From an uncultured Thermoleophilia bacterium (GTDB lineage Bacteria; Actinomycetota; Thermoleophilia; RBG-16-64-13): a stretch of DNA of 64,000 bases. The notes below the pieces were generated by a model. It did no database searches and was not told where the DNA came from. It worked only from the letters and a program-made list of their open reading frames with translations. Position numbers and translations under genes: made by a program. The DNA lies in the NCBI GenBank assembly GCA_963749535.1, contig CAVVNF010000014.1:112878-176877 (forward strand), in the 5' to 3' direction. Shown piece after piece: positions 9,354 to 19,158 of this stretch (its first letter is position 1; every line of letters starts with the position of its first letter).

Positions 9354-10323
9354 GTGAAGCTCGACGACATCAAGAAAGTCGCCATAATCGGCGCAGGGAC
9401 CATGGGCCCGGGTCTGGCTCAGGTGTTCGCCACCGCAGGCTACGACGTTTCGCTCTACTCGAGGAAAGCGGAGACTCTGGAAAAGGCGTTGTCCGTGGTG
9501 CGCGCGAACCTCGGGACATTTGTGGAACACGGCATGGTGCCGGCAGGGGACGTCGAAGGCATAATCGCCGGCATCAAACCCACCCAGTCGGTGGAGGAAG
9601 CGGGCACAGGCGCGGATCTCATCATCGAGAGCATCGCCGAGAAGGTGGACGCGAAGCGCGCGTGTTCGAGGAACTCGACAAGATGTGTCCCGAAGGCGCC
9701 ATCTTCACCAGCAACACCTCGTACCTCAACATCTACGAGCTCGTGCCGGAGAGGCGGCTTCCCGACACGATCATCGCCCACTGGTTCGCGCCGCCGCACA
9801 TCATCCCCCTGGTCGAGGTGGTCAAGGGCCCCGAGACCAGCCAGGAGACCGTCGACGTTCGTGGTGGAGCTCCTCAAGAAGGTCGACCGCGTGCCGACCG
9901 TGATGGAGAAGTTCGTGCCGGGCTTCTGCATCAACCGCTTCCTGCGCATCATCGGCCGCGAGGTCTTCTTCCTGCTGGACAACGGCTACATGACCGCCGA
10001 CCAGCTCGACCTCGCCGTGAAGGCGAGCATCATCCCCCGCGCCATGGTGCTCGGATTCGTGCAGCGCTACGACTTCACCGGCCTCGATCTCAGCTACGGC
10101 AACCTGCAGAACACGGCCTTCATCGAGGCTCCCATCGACAACGAGCCGCGCAGCCTGCTCGAGCGGGTCGAGACGCGGCGAGCTGGGCGTCAAGAGCGGC
10201 AAGGGCTTCTTCGACTACAGCGACCGCGACCTTGGAGGAAGTCCTCAAGAAGCGGGATGCCGCTCTCTCGAGGTCTTCAACGACGTCAAGAGATTCCGTG
10301 ATCTGAACGCCAGCCGCATCTAG
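9354..10323 (+). CDS. 3-hydroxyacyl-CoA dehydrogenase family protein (NAD-binding); about 5 apparent frameshifts
   Basis: GTG 9354 follows GAGGGA. Rossmann motif [29 protein letters not shown], and a C-terminal domain with [14 protein letters not shown]. The signal hops frames 0-2-0-1-2-1 near 9660, 9858, 10175, 10232 and 10268. Stop is TAG 10321-10323. Confidence 0.75.
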
Positions 10324-10340
10324 GAGCCGGAGGGGAGACC

Positions 10341-11193
10341 ATGAAACTTCCCGCAGGCAAAGTCATCATCACGGCCGCTCTCAACGGCGCGTTGGTCAAC
10401 AAAGAGATGAACCCGAACGTGCCGGAGCAGCCGGACGAGATCGCACAGGCTGCCCTCGACTGCTACAACGCAGGCGCGGCCATCGTCCACATCCACGCGC
10501 GTGACGAGGAGGGCAAGCCCATGCGGCACCAAGGAGAAGTTCGAGGAGATCCAGGCGGCAGTGCGCGGCAAGTGCCGAGAGATCATCATCCAGTTCTCCA
10601 CCGGCGGCGGCACCAACCTCACCATCGAGGAGCGAGTCTCGCTGCCTCGACGCCAATCCGGAGATGGCGTCGCTCAACATGGGCACCCTGATGCGCCAGA
10701 CCGGCGCCAATCGCCGGGCACGCCGTTCTCGAACATGACCAAAGACATCGAGGCGTGGGCGGCCAAGATGAAGGACCTCGAAGATCAAGCCTGAGATGGA
10801 GTGCTACTCCCAGAGCATGTACCGGGACGTGAACAACCTCATCAAGAAGGAGCTGATCAAGCCGCCGTACTACGTGAACTTCGTGCTCGGCATGCAGTAC
10901 CAGGGCGCCATCGAGGCCACGCCGGAGACGCTCGTGTCGATGTACCAGTTCCTGCCGGAGAACTGCCTCTTCAACACCACCGCCACGTGCGCCGCCCAAC
11001 TGCCGGTCACGACCATGGGGATGATCATGGGCGGCTGCGTGCGTGTCGGCCTGGAAGACAACATCTACTACTCCAGGGGCGTTCTCGCGCAGAGCAACGC
11101 TCAACTGGTCGAGCGGTCGGCGACGGATCGCCAGGGAGCTCAACCTGGAGCCGGCCACTCCGGACGAGGCCAGGCAGATCCTGGGCGTGGTGA
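10341..11193 (+). CDS. beta-keto acid cleavage enzyme (BKACE, DUF849); 5-6 apparent frameshifts
   Basis: SD GGAGGGGAG precedes the start. Motifs: [73 protein letters not shown]. The end is inferred at TGA 11191-11193, because the SDR has its own SD and ATG at 11226. Confidence 0.75.
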
Positions 11194-11225
11194 AGACGAT
11201 AGTCGACGACGAAGGAGGCCGGATC

Positions 11226-12000
11226 ATGGATGATCTGTTTTCACTCAAGGGCAAGAACGCCGTCGTCGTGGGCGGGGCCGGGGGCATTGGCCACGGGCTG
11301 GCCGAAGGGCTCGCCCGCTACGGCGCGCAGGTAGCCATCGCCGACGTGAATCCGGCCAGCCTCGAGCAGGTCTCCGCCGAGCTCGGTAAGGCTACCGGCG
11401 CGACGGTCAAGACCTACATCGTCGACTGCACGCAGGAGGCCAGCGTCCAGGAATTGGTCGCCAAGACCGTCTCCGACATGGGCCGGGTCGACATCCTCGT
11501 CAACGCCCTGGGCTACAACGCCAAGGCTCCGGCGACCGAGTTCCCCATGGACGAATGGGACAAGCTCTTCGCCGTCAACATCCGTGGCGTCATGATGAGC
11601 TGCAAGCACTACGCGGCGCACATGGCCGAGCGGGGCGGCGGCAAGATCATCAACCTCTCGTCGATCCGCGGGGCCAGAGGCGCCACCGGCGGCAACCTCG
11701 CGTACTGTGCGAGCAAGGGCGCGGTCAACATGCTTACGAAGCAGTTGGCTTGCGAGCTGGCCCCGAAGAACGTGCTGGTCAACGCCATCGCGCCGATCAT
11801 CACCATCACTCCGATGACCGCTGAGCGGATCAAGAATGAAGCGTCGCGCTACGAGCGCATGTTGCTCAACGTCCCCATGGGCCGGATGGGAACAGTGGCG
11901 GATCTCGATAGGGCCGGCCGTCTTTCTCGCCTCGCCGGCTTCTGATTTCGTCACCGGGACGATCTTGTATCCCGATGGCGGGATGTCGTCGTTCGTCTAG
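11226..12000 (+). CDS. SDR family oxidoreductase; one apparent frameshift near 11905
   Basis: SD GAAGGAGG precedes the start. Motifs: NAVVVGGAGGIGHG, catalytic YCASK, and a C-terminus FLASPASDFVTGTILYPDGG that is recovered in the +1 frame. Confidence 0.8.
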
Positions 12001-12073
12001 AGCCAGGAATTGTGTAGAGCCGGAAAGTCGTCTGGGGTGGAAGACTTGTTGATAGTCGGAAGCGGGATAACCA

Positions 12074-13268
<1,195 letters not shown>

Positions 13269-13308
13269 CTCCAGGTCCCCGACCCTCTCCGGCCGAAGTG
13301 TCCGGGAC

Positions 13309-13330
13309 TGTGGCGGTCGAGACCGCCACA
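13309..13330 (+). terminator. Hairpin 41 nt after the thiolase stop
   Basis: TGTGGCGGT-cgag-ACCGCCACA, a 9-bp perfect stem. There is no clear T tract. Confidence 0.45.
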
Positions 13331-13362
13331 ACCTATGCCGTTGTTCCTTATAGATGACCGTG

Positions 13363-13386
13363 ATACTCATCATAGTATGCTATAAT
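13363..13386 (+). promoter_or_regulatory. Extended -10 promoter TGcTATAAT with overlapping inverted repeat ATACT-N6-AGTAT
   Basis: TGCTATAAT at 13378-13386 is a near-consensus extended -10. The inverted repeat at 13363-13378 overlaps it. Confidence 0.4.
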
Positions 13387-13464
13387 CTCCCGGTGTCGCT
13401 GACGGCGGTGAAGCTTCATTTTGAGACGAGCTCTAAGGCCGGAGGGTCGTAGGAGACGCAGATC

Positions 13465-13632
13465 ATGAGTTGGGCAATGGTGACGAGCCTCGCGAAGTCC
13501 GCTAGCCGTCCCGCGGGTGTTGCGACTCGCCGGATCGATTTCCTTAGAAAAACTTTGCAACGCGTGGTAATCTGCATTTGCGGTTACACCGTCCCGCCTC
13601 GCGGCCTGATGTACCGCTCTGTGGAACGTTGA
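13465..13632 (+). pseudogene. Degenerate 5' fragment of a 4Fe-4S (PsrB/DmsB-type) subunit gene
   Basis: MSWAMVTSLAKSASRPAGVATRRIDFL aligns with the downstream subunit start MARWGMVINLAKCTRCHACVAACRIEHFL (13 of 27 identical). All four cluster Cys are replaced (S, R, G, R). AGGAGA lies 8 nt upstream of the ATG. Confidence 0.45.
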
Positions 13633-13664
13633 AGGCACAGATGTCGATATTCTTATCCCATTCT

Positions 13665-13698
13665 GCGGTACCGCAATATCATTATGGTGTGGTAGAAT
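13665..13698 (+). promoter_or_regulatory. Perfect palindrome GCGGTACCGC plus extended -10 TGgTAGAAT upstream of the Mo-enzyme operon
   Basis: GCGGTACCGC at 13665-13674. TTATGGTGTGGTAGAAT at 13682-13698, about 95 nt upstream of ATG 13794. It shares the TTATGGT block with the 9177 and 30104 elements. Confidence 0.35.
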
Positions 13699-13793
13699 CT
13701 CGCCGTTTGAGCATTGGACGCTGGAAGAGCCTCGAGGCCGGTCCCGGGCCGTCAGTGGGGACGAGCATTCCAGTCGAGGTATAGGAGAGGCCG

Positions 13794-14571
13794 ATGGCGA
13801 GATGGGGAATGGTAATCAACCTTGCGAAGTGCACCCGGTGCCACGCATGTGTCGCCGCCTGCAGGATCGAGCACTTCTTACCGTTGCGGGTCACCTGGCC
13901 GCGACTGATCGCCCTTGAGGTGGACGACGGCATCCGGGTGGACGTCTCGACGTACCCGGTCCGCTGCAATCAATGCAAAGACGCCCCGTGCGTCAAAGCC
14001 TGTCCCACGGAGGCCTCACACCAGCGCGAGGACGGCATCGTGGTCATCGATTCCGACAAGTGCTTCGGGTGCCGTTATTGCGTGATCGCCTGTCCCTATC
14101 AGAACCGCACGTTCTTGTCGAAAGACAAGAACCCCGACGTATTTTCCCGATCATGCCGAGACTTCCTTTGAGAAGAAGGGCAAGAAGCTCTACCCACACC
14201 AGGTGGGGACCACCGAGAAATGCAACTTCTGCGTGGAGCGGATAGACGCGGGGATGGCGAAAGGCCTGAAGCCCGGTGTCGATCGTGACGCCACGCCCGC
14301 CTGCGTCAACACCTGCCAGGCGCGAGCGCTCACCTTCGGCGATCTGGACGACCCGGAGAGCGAGGTGGCCAAACTGATCCGCGCCCGCGAGGGATTCCAG
14401 TTGCACGCGGAGTACGGCACCGACCCGTCGGTCTACTACGTCGACTACAAGCTGGGAGGCGCCCCGTCCAACAAGGCCCCCGTGCGTGACCGGACGGGCA
14501 GCCACATCCAGCATCTGAGCACAGTGTATGAGCCGGTCAAGGAGAAGCTGGCCAAAAAGAACTTCAAGTAG
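13794..14571 (+). CDS. 4Fe-4S dicluster subunit of a molybdopterin oxidoreductase (PsrB/DmsB-like); one apparent frameshift near 14138
   Basis: Motifs: CTRCHACVAAC, CNQCKDAPCVKACP, CFGCRYCVIACP, CNFCVERI..CVNTCQ. No signal peptide. ORF 13794-14171 joins ORF 14203-14571. Confidence 0.8.
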
Positions 14572-14586
14572 CCGGGAGACCGATAG

Positions 14587-15556
14587 ATGAACGCTAGAAC
14601 GGCCCGTCAATGGATGGTCACGCACGAGTGGATGGTCAAGCCCATGGCCCAGACCGAATGGATCCAGGGTCGAGGGCTCATGGTCTGGCTGGCTGAAGTG
14701 TTCTCGGCCCTCGGCGTCGGGGCTCTTCTTGGTCTCGCTCTTCCTCGCATAGCCTGGTGGGGAGCGCTGTTCGGATGGCTCTTGATCCTGCTGTTCAAGT
14801 TCCCCTTGCACCTGTTCTACCTCGGAAAGCCCGCGCGTTTCTGGAGGGCCTTCCCGCCTTTCAGCAAGGCCTGGAGGACGTCGTGGTTCGCGCGCGGTGT
14901 GGTCTTCACTGCATTGTTCGTCGGCTTCGGGGCGGTCCAATTGGTGACGAGGTACCTCTTGCACTACGACGTGATCTCCGGCTCTGCCGCGTCCACGATC
15001 AACGTCGTCAACTGGGTCATGATGATCCTGGCCGGCATTTTCATCGTCCTTACCGGGGTCTACGCCGGCTTCGCCATGAGCTACTGCAAGAGCGTCCCCT
15101 TCTGGAACACCGGCCTGTCTGCCCATCGTGTTCCTGATCATGGGCGTGGCGGACGGCCTCGCCCTTGTGATCGGGGTGGGGCTGGTGACCGGCGGGACAA
15201 CGCCGCGTCGGCTGGAGTCCGCCACCCGTATCGTCCTTATCGTCAACGCGCTGCTCATCCTCACGTACCTGATCAACGCCAGGTACCAGTCGGCCACGGC
15301 CGAGTTGTCGGTGAAAGAGCTGATCAGTCGGCCGTCTGGCCTGGTCTTCTGGGTGGGGATCGTGGTCCTGGGCATCACCGTGCCATTCGTGATCAGCATC
15401 GTCAGCCTGTTCGCCGGAGAAGCCTCACTGCCCATACTGGTCGTTGCCATCATCTGCCACACCATCGGCGCCTTCTCGCTCAAGTACTGCGTGCTCAAGG
15501 TCGGCATCTATCGGTCCGCTGCTTCCGAAAGCTTCTGCCTTCTAGGCAGTGCGTAG
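14587..15556 (+). CDS. NrfD/PsrC/DmsC-type polytopic membrane subunit; one apparent frameshift near 15115
   Basis: About 8 hydrophobic helices. It aligns along its length with the intact paralog at 41972-42889. ORF 14587.. joins ORF 15128-15556. Confidence 0.7.
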
Positions 15557-15573
15557 CACTCAAGGAGAAATCA

Positions 15574-17789
15574 ATGGCCAACCGCGAAGTCATCTACTCC
15601 ACCTGCAAGAGCTGTCACGGCGGCTGCGGCGTGAAGGTCACCAAGGAGGACGGCGTCGTCGTCCACATCGAGGGCAACCCGGATTCGCTGACCGGGGGCA
15701 CGATGTGCTCCAAGGGTCTCTCCAGCATCCAGCACATCGACAATCCCTACCGCATCAAGTACCCGATGAAGCAGGGCCGGCGCCAAGGGCGAGGGCAAGT
15801 GGAAGCGGATCTCCTGGGACGAGGCGCTGGACACCATCGCGGACAAGATGAAGGCCGCCATCAGGCGATCCGGGTCCGCAAAGCATCGCCATCTCCCAGG
15901 GCACGGGCCGGGGCTACAACCGCTACACCATGCGCCTGGCGCGCTCCCTCGGCACCGGCAACGCCATCACGCCCGGCTACGTCTGCCACAGTCCCCGCCT
16001 CGGCCTCTACGCCCTGGTGACCGGCTACGGCCGCCTGTACTGCGACTACCACGGCTGGGGCGGCGAATTCCCGAAGACCCAGATCATGTGGGCCAAGCAG
16101 CTCGAGATCAGCAGCGCCGACTCCGAGATGTGCTACTGGTATCATGAAGTCGCTGGACTACTGCAAGAACCTGATCATCATCGACCCGCGCGCCAGCGCG
16201 TATGCGACTCGCGCCACCCTCTGGATCCAGCCCCGGCCGGGCACCGACTGCGCGCTGGCCATGGGCATGATGAACGTCATCTTCGAAGAAGAGCTCTGGG
16301 ACAAGGAGTTCGTCGACAACTGGACCTACGGCTTCGACGAACTGCGCGAGCGCGTCAAGGAATGGACGCCCGAGAAGGTGTCCGACACCTGCTGGATCCC
16401 CAAGGAGCACGTCATCGAGGCGGCCCGCATGTGGGCCGTCGACACGCCGGGGACTGCATCCAGGTGGGCAGCTCGCTCGAACGGCAGGCCAACTGCGGCC
16501 ACACGCTGCGGGCCATCACCTGCCTCATGGGCCTGGCCGGCAACATCGAGCGCCCGGGCAGCATGGTCAGCTGGGTGCTTCCCGACACCGGTCTCATCGA
16601 GGACTTCAACCTCGAGCTGCCGATCACCGACGAGATGAAGAGCAAGATCATCGGCGGCGACCGGTTCAAGATGGGCGCCACCCGCACCTGCAACCCCGAC
16701 ACCATGGTCAAGAAGCTATCAACGCCGGCGAAGCCCCGATCAAGGTGTGGTTCAGCGTCGGCGGACAGCAGATCGTGCACATGGCCAACACCAAAGAGGT
16801 CGTCGCGGCCATCGAGAAGGTCGAGTTCATGTCGCACACCGACCTCTTCATGGGTCCGATGGCCGAAGCGGCCGACATCGTACTGCCGGCGGCCCACTGG
16901 CTGGAGCTGGACGACGTCTACGACATGCATCCGCGCTTCATGATCGAAGCTCACAACAAGGTGGTCGACCCGCCGGGCGAGGCGAAGATCCGATGCCTGG
17001 ATCTTCAACGAGATCGGCAGGCGCGTCGTCCCCGACAAGTGGTGGGACAACGATCGACGACATGCTCGACTACGAGGTACGCAGAGGTAAGGGACGGACG
17101 GCGGCCCGCTGACGTGGAAGGACTTCAGCGAGCGCCTGGTCAGCGGCTGCTGGGGCGACGACCAGGTCTATTACAAATACAAGACCGACTACTGGCGCGA
17201 AGGCGGCGGCTTCCCGACGCCCACCGGCAAGTTCGAGTTCTAGTCGAAGCATCTGGAGTCGCTTGGCTACGACCCGCTGCCCGTCTTCTGCGAGCCGGGG
17301 GAGAGCCCCGAGTCCACGCCGGAGCTCTTCAAGGAGTATCCGCTGGTGATGAGCAGCGGGTACCGCCAGCCTTTCTACTTCCTGGGCCAGTACCGCAACA
17401 TTCCCTGGCTGCGGAGCTTCATGGAGTTCCCGACCTGCCAGCTTCATCCCGAGACGGCCAAGCTCTATGGCGTCGAGGACGGCGACATCATCTGGATCGA
17501 GTCGCCCCGCGGCAGGATCCGGCAGAAGCTGAGGACCTTCCCCGGCATCAAGAAGGGCGTCCTCATGGCCACCGCCAACTGCTTCTACCCGGAGGAACCG
17601 GCCAAAGGCTATCACGGGCTGTTTATCTCCAATCCGAATGTCCTAACGAGCAATGACCATCTCGATCCGATGTACGGCTCGCCGGACCTGACCTGTCTGC
17701 TCTGCAAGGTCTACAAGGCCACGGACGATGAGCTGCAGGAAGAGGTGTTCAAGAGCGAGGAATACGGGTTCGTGCCTACCCCAGGGTAA
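15574..17789 (+). CDS. molybdopterin (bis-MGD) oxidoreductase catalytic subunit, PsrA/acetylene-hydratase-like; about 8 apparent frameshifts plus an in-frame TAG at 17241
   Basis: SD AAGGAG precedes the start. N-terminal FS0 motif CKSCHGGC..MCSKG and no RR signal. Motifs: ISWDEALD, PGYVCHSP, IIIDPRAS, RPGTDCALA, TPTGKFEF*SKHLESLGYDPLP, C-terminal barrel GDIIWIESPRGRI. Fragments lie in ORFs 14587-16020, 15848-16147, 15930-16943, 16144-16638, 16745-17656, 16747-17112 and 17346-17789. Confidence 0.75.
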
Positions 17790-17831
17790 GCCGGACTTGA
17801 TCTGGAGAAGTCCGTACGGGAGGAGAACAGC

Positions 17832-18227
17832 GTGGAGCGTAGAGCTATCAACCCTGGGACCTGGCAAGACCAGTTCGACTTCTCTCAAGCGATCGAGGTG
17901 GTCGGTTCCCAGAGAGTCCTTTTCTGTGCCGGCCAAACCTCGGCGGACGCCGACGGAGGACCACTCCACGCGGGGGACATGCTGGCCCAGTTCCACTGCG
18001 CGTTGGACAACCTCGAGACGGTGCTTGACCAGGCGGGCTTCAAGCTCGCCGACGTTGTGCGCCTTAACTACTACGTGACCGACGTTCCCGCGTTCTTGGA
18101 GGCGGTGCCCAAAGTCGGCGAGCGGTTGAAGGAGGCGGGGTGCAAACCCTCGTCCACGCTACTCGGAGTAGCTCGGCTCGCCGAGCCGACCTGGATGATC
18201 GAGATCGAGGCTACCGCGGTCGGTTGA
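17832..18227 (+). CDS. RidA/YjgF family protein
   Basis: 131 aa with GTG start after GGGAGGAG. YjgF-like core (LFCAGQTS.., VVRLNYYVTD, IEIEATA). Confidence 0.8.
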   Translation: MERRAINPGTWQDQFDFSQAIEVVGSQRVLFCAGQTSADADGGPLHAGDMLAQFHCALDNLETVLDQAGFKLADVVRLNYYVTDVPAFLEAVPKVGERLKEAGCKPSSTLLGVARLAEPTWMIEIEATAVG

Positions 18228-18333
18228 GGGACACGGATGTCTGGCCCACCCGACCGGGTGAGAAAATGAGGGTCCCACCAATCTGCTGGCGGGGCCCCCG
18301 GTCTTCGCGGCGATAGGGTCTATCGGGCGGTGT

Positions 18334-19158
18334 CTACCTGGAAAGTGGGATGTCCCCCAGGTTGAGGTCCTTTCCCGCGGTGCTCAGCTCGCCGAACGTC
18401 TTGGCCGCGAATCCCTCGGCCTCGATGGTGAGCGAGCACGAGTCTTCTGCCAGTCCGTGGAACCAGAAGTCGCCGAAGGCGTCGGTAGTGGCTGTCAGAG
18501 TCTTGCCGGCTGCTGCTGGGCCGGTGAGAGTGCAGGTGGCCCCGATGATGACTTCCTTGTCGATGGGGTCGTAGACCGTGCCGGCGACGAACTTCTTGGG
18601 AATGTTCAGGTAGTACACTCGGGGCTTCACGCCGAGTTCGGGCTTGAGTACCTCAGCCCTGGCGATCTCCGCCGTGAACTCGCTCTCTTCCCCGAACTTG
18701 ATGGCTTCCGTCGGGCACGAGTCGGCGCACCGGGGGATCTTCCATTCGCCACCGTCCAGGAGGTGGGCGCAGCCCGTGCACTTCTGGGCGAGGTTGAGGC
18801 TCTCGTTGAAGAAGATGGCGTCGTAAGGACAGGCGTCCACGCAGGCCTTGCAGCCGGTGCATTTGTCGGGGTCGATGATGACCAGCCCATCTTCCCGTTT
18901 GTAGATCGCGCCCTCGACCGGGCAGGCCGGCATACACGGAGCCTGGTCACAATGCTGGCACGGGGTGGGGACGAAGTGCATCTGCACCTTGGGCACGGTG
19001 CCGCGGATGAACTCGGTCTGCCTCAGCCAGAACTGCCCGGTATCAGGCTGGGGCTTGGCGATAGGCGACCAGTCGTTGCCGACATGCTCGTCTTTGCAGG
19101 CGATCTGGCAGCTGTAGCAGCCGTTGCAGACGCCGACGTCGATCACAAAGACCTTCAT
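18334..19158 (-). CDS. FeS small subunit of transhydroxylase-like Mo enzyme (locus 1), four complete Cys motifs plus C-terminal beta domain
   Basis: Motifs: CNGCYSCQIAC, CQHCDQAPCMPACP, CTGCKACVDACP, CTGCAHLL..RCADSCP. This is followed by a roughly 90-aa extra domain (KKFVAGTVYDP..FGDFWFHGL..LGDI). The ATG abuts the stop of the upstream large subunit. Confidence 0.85.
   Translation of the reverse strand: MKVFVIDVGVCNGCYSCQIACKDEHVGNDWSPIAKPQPDTGQFWLRQTEFIRGTVPKVQMHFVPTPCQHCDQAPCMPACPVEGAIYKREDGLVIIDPDKCTGCKACVDACPYDAIFFNESLNLAQKCTGCAHLLDGGEWKIPRCADSCPTEAIKFGEESEFTAEIARAEVLKPELGVKPRVYYLNIPKKFVAGTVYDPIDKEVIIGATCTLTGPAAAGKTLTATTDAFGDFWFHGLAEDSCSLTIEAEGFAAKTFGELSTAGKDLNLGDIPLSR

Noticed and set aside
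11043-11945. ORF-track reading that fuses the BKACE C-terminus to the SDR
   Set aside because: The SDR has its own GAAGGAGG box and ATG at 11226. With one more indel of the kind abundant in this gene, BKACE ends naturally at ..EARQILG plus the TGA at 11191-11193. I treated them as two genes.
17241-17243. In-frame TAG in the Mo subunit as programmed recoding (pyrrolysine) or as a selenocysteine-like feature
   Set aside because: I see no pyl genes or PYLIS-like context, and the position corresponds to a conserved aromatic residue one substitution away (TAC/TAT). No Mo-enzyme gene here has an in-frame TGA at the ligand position either. A point mutation or sequencing error is more parsimonious.
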